DNA from: Candidatus Lindowbacteria bacterium RIFCSPLOWO2_12_FULL_62_27
GTDB taxonomy: Bacteria; Lindowbacteria; 2-12-FULL-62-27
Assembly (NCBI GenBank): GCA_001784175.1
Contig: MFPR01000020.1
Span: forward strand, 62,001-126,000
DNA: 64,000 bases
Direction: 5' to 3'
In this document: positions 61,785 through 64,000 of the stretch, in pieces
Layout of the letters: every line of letters starts with the position of its first letter
Position numbering within the stretch: the first letter of the stretch is position 1
Program-made: the position numbers and the translations under genes
The notes under the pieces: model-generated
What the model was told of the DNA's origin: nothing
The model's database searches: none
The model's input: the letters and a program-made list of their open reading frames with translations, nothing else

Positions 61785-62695
61785 TCCAGTATTTTTTGCC
61801 CGCCTTTTTCCAGGAGATGCGCCGCCAGTTCCTGTGCGGTCGCTTCCGGGTCCCGGCCGGACAGGCCGGCCCGCACACGAAATTTGCCTTCCACCGAGTA
61901 CATCGCCGCCTCGATCGCGCACCCGCCGGCCGGGTCAGCGTCTCCGACGCCGGCCTGCGCCCACGCGGCCACCGGCCAGCGGCAGTCCGCGCCCAGGGCC
62001 TTGACCAACGCGCGTTCGGCTCGCAGCGCCGTGGCGGTCGGCGCGTCGGTCAGTTCAGAGAAGGCCGGCGCGTCGGCCGTCCTCGATACGAGCATGAGCG
62101 CGCCCTGCCCGGGTGCGGGCAAAAAATCGGCGGTGGGAATCCGCGCGTATTTCAATCCGCGCGATTCGATGACACGGGCTGCGCCACCCAGCCGGTTGAT
62201 CCCTGCGGCCGCCACCACGACGGCGTCGCACACGGATGGATCGCCCAGAATCTTTCCCAGCCGCGTCTCCACATTGCCCCGGATTTCGACGATCTCAAGA
62301 TCCGGGCGCAAATAGAGAAGCTGGGCCGAACGCCTCAGCGACGCGGTCCCCACCCGGCCGCCGGCTGGCAATGCCTTCAAGTCGGCGCCGGTCCGGCTGA
62401 CCAGAAGATCCCCGGCGTCCTCGCGGGCCGGCACGGCGGCTACGATCAGGCCGGGCGCTATCTCCACAGGCACGTCTTTCGCGCTGTGCACGGCCAGATC
62501 GATCCGGCCGGCCAGGAGCGCCTCGTCCAGCGCCTTCACGAACATTCCCTTGTCACGCAACAGCCCTCTGTCACCCTCCGTCACTATCCCAATCAGTTCA
62601 ACCGCCATGTCCCTGTTCCTCAGCAGCCCGGCGACCCACTCCGCCTGCGCAAGGGCCAGCGGACTTTTGCGCGTGCCGATTCTGACGGTTGCCAT
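61754..62695 (-). CDS. hemC: Hydroxymethylbilane synthase
   Basis: GTRKSPLALAQ, AVHSAKD, IRGNVETR, PAPGQGAL, cofactor Cys in LGADC. Confidence 0.96.
   Translation of the reverse strand: MATVRIGTRKSPLALAQAEWVAGLLRNRDMAVELIGIVTEGDRGLLRDKGMFVKALDEALLAGRIDLAVHSAKDVPVEIAPGLIVAAVPAREDAGDLLVSRTGADLKALPAGGRVGTASLRRSAQLLYLRPDLEIVEIRGNVETRLGKILGDPSVCDAVVVAAAGINRLGGAARVIESRGLKYARIPTADFLPAPGQGALMLVSRTADAPAFSELTDAPTATALRAERALVKALGADCRWPVAAWAQAGVGDADPAGGCAIEAAMYSVEGKFRVRAGLSGRDPEATAQELAAHLLEKGGQKILEWNRTHCARA
61931..61955 (-). repeat. Internally deleted copy of the intragenic palindromic element
   Basis: ggccggcgtcggagacgc-tgacccg = left 18 bp of copy 1 joined to its right end. Confidence 0.55.
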
Positions 62696-62699
62696 GCGG

Positions 62700-63959
62700 C
62701 TACAATCCGAAAAATTCTTTCAGCGCCTGGACCAGCGCCTGGCGGTCCTGCGCCCGGCCGCCCCTGCGGCTCTTGGCAAACGCCTCCGACAACACGCGGT
62801 TCGGGATGCTTTTCTTCAGAGACTCGAGCGAATCCGGCGAAATGTTGGATCGGCGCAGTTCCTCCTCCACGACGCTGGTGATTCGCGCATGAAACCGCCG
62901 GAGCGGCTCCTCGAGCTGCGCGTGGGCCAGCCGGTCCCAGAACGACTCCGTCTCCTCCCGGATGATCGCCTCGCAGCGCGGAATTTCCTGCTCGCGCTCA
63001 TGCCGGTGGTCTCGCGCAATTTCGTCCAGGTCGTCGAGGTTGTACAGAAAAACGTTGTCAAGGCCCGCTGACGCAGGGTCGATGTCCCGAGGGATCGCAA
63101 GATCCACCAGAAACAGCGGCCGGCCGGCGCGCTGCTTCTGCGCGATCCGCACGGCGTCGGCCGTGAGAAGCAGGTGTGGCGCGCCGCTGCCGCTGATCAC
63201 GATGTCCGCGTCCGGCAGCCGGCCGGCCAGCGATTCAACCGGCAGGCACGGCGCCGAAAACGAGCGTGCCAGCGCCTCGGCCGGCTCGCGGCTGCGGGTC
63301 GAGAAAATTTCGAGCCGCGCGCCGCGCTCGTGCAGATGTTCGGCCGCAATCGTCGAAATCTCTCCGGCGCCGACCACCAGCACGCGACGGCCCTCCAGCC
63401 GGCCGAATATTTTTTCGCATAGCCGCACCGCCACCGAACTCACCGACACCGGCGTCTCGGCCAGCCGCGTCTCCGCGCGGATGCGCTTGCCGACGGTCAG
63501 CGCGCGTTGAAACAGCATGTTCAGAATCTGGCCGGTCATCCCGTGTTGCCTCGAAATTTCGTACGCCTCCTTGACCTGCCCGAGAATCTGCGTTTCGCCC
63601 AGAACCTGCGCCTCCAGACCGCCGGCCACGGAAAAGAGATGCCGTACCGCGTCTTTTTCCTTGAAGGTCGTCAGGCGGCTGGACAGTTCCGGCGCGAACT
63701 CCGGCGCCCGGCGGCCAATCCATCCGGCGGCGTCACGGTCGGCCGGGGAATAAATTTCAAACCGGTTGCAGGTGGAAAGAATGACGGCTTCCTCGAGCCC
63801 GCAGGTTTCCCGCAGGTCCGCCAGCGCCTCCGGCAGGACCGAAGGCCGCAGATGAATCCGCTCGCGAAGCGACAGGTCCGCGGTGTGATGGGACACGCCG
63901 ACACAAAGTAGTCGGACAGGAACGTCCTGGTGATTCGGGCTAGAACTGGTGTCGGCCAC
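62700..63959 (-). CDS. hemA: Glutamyl-tRNA reductase
   Basis: GVSHHTA, STCNRFE, GETQILGQ, GAGE, DLAIPRD. Confidence 0.96.
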   Translation of the reverse strand: MADTSSSPNHQDVPVRLLCVGVSHHTADLSLRERIHLRPSVLPEALADLRETCGLEEAVILSTCNRFEIYSPADRDAAGWIGRRAPEFAPELSSRLTTFKEKDAVRHLFSVAGGLEAQVLGETQILGQVKEAYEISRQHGMTGQILNMLFQRALTVGKRIRAETRLAETPVSVSSVAVRLCEKIFGRLEGRRVLVVGAGEISTIAAEHLHERGARLEIFSTRSREPAEALARSFSAPCLPVESLAGRLPDADIVISGSGAPHLLLTADAVRIAQKQRAGRPLFLVDLAIPRDIDPASAGLDNVFLYNLDDLDEIARDHRHEREQEIPRCEAIIREETESFWDRLAHAQLEEPLRRFHARITSVVEEELRRSNISPDSLESLKKSIPNRVLSEAFAKSRRGGRAQDRQALVQALKEFFGL

Positions 63960-64000
63960 TGGAGATGAAATTCACGGCGAAAAAGGAAATCAGGCAGATC
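63940..64000 (-). CDS. C-terminus of a CcsA/HemX-type membrane protein (partial)
   Basis: Reads ...ICLISFFAVNFISSGRHQF*; typical CcsA/HemX end and position upstream of hemA. Confidence 0.6.
   Translation of the reverse strand, partial: ICLISFFAVNFISSGRHQF

Noticed and set aside
63940-64000. Evidence for a second (System II) cytochrome c maturation pathway
   Set aside because: Only 19 residues are visible, and CcsA-like HemX genes commonly precede hemA without implying System II

Overview
High-GC bacterial chromosomal segment from a diderm, flagellated organism, possibly an uncultured candidate-phylum lineage (inference from LptF/G, GT9 heptosyltransferases, a SprA-like outer-membrane protein and a fliW-csrA flagellar locus). 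Left to right: (1) System I cytochrome c maturation genes (ccmF partial, ccmH, ccmI-like, ccmA, ccmB) co-oriented with a HEAT-repeat gene and a Rieske / split cytochrome b / octaheme cytochrome c complex; (2) a secreted Asp-Thr-rich protein with a CFI-box-CTERM-like tail; (3) a GxxExxY gene bracketed by terminal inverted repeats; (4) divergent speE/speD; (5) a glycan-modification cluster (epimerase, 2 GT2, 2 GT9, 3 methyltransferases); (6) a 1813-aa SprA-like protein divergent from an lptF/G-type gene; (7) class II aldolase, lipid kinase and two Zn-dehydrogenases; (8) metX-cupin-metY-CoA-binding protein; (9) an anaerobic-route cobalamin cluster; (10) two flagellins, csrA, fliW, flgL, a very long flgK, flgN and comF; (11) a UGM-like flavoprotein, wecA-like gene, Flp pilin, cobA-hemD, hemC, hemA and a partial hemX/ccsA. 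No rRNA, tRNA or CRISPR array was seen. The main unexplained signals are a ~51-bp palindromic element inserted inside several proteins in different frames, the TIR-bounded GxxExxY unit, the SprA-like/CTERM/D-T combination, a long sigma28 flagellin leader with CsrA hairpins and an 8-codon uORF, a methylsulfurylase-like cupin between metX and metY, and widespread leaderless promoters. All family calls are motif recognition by eye; no database searches were run.
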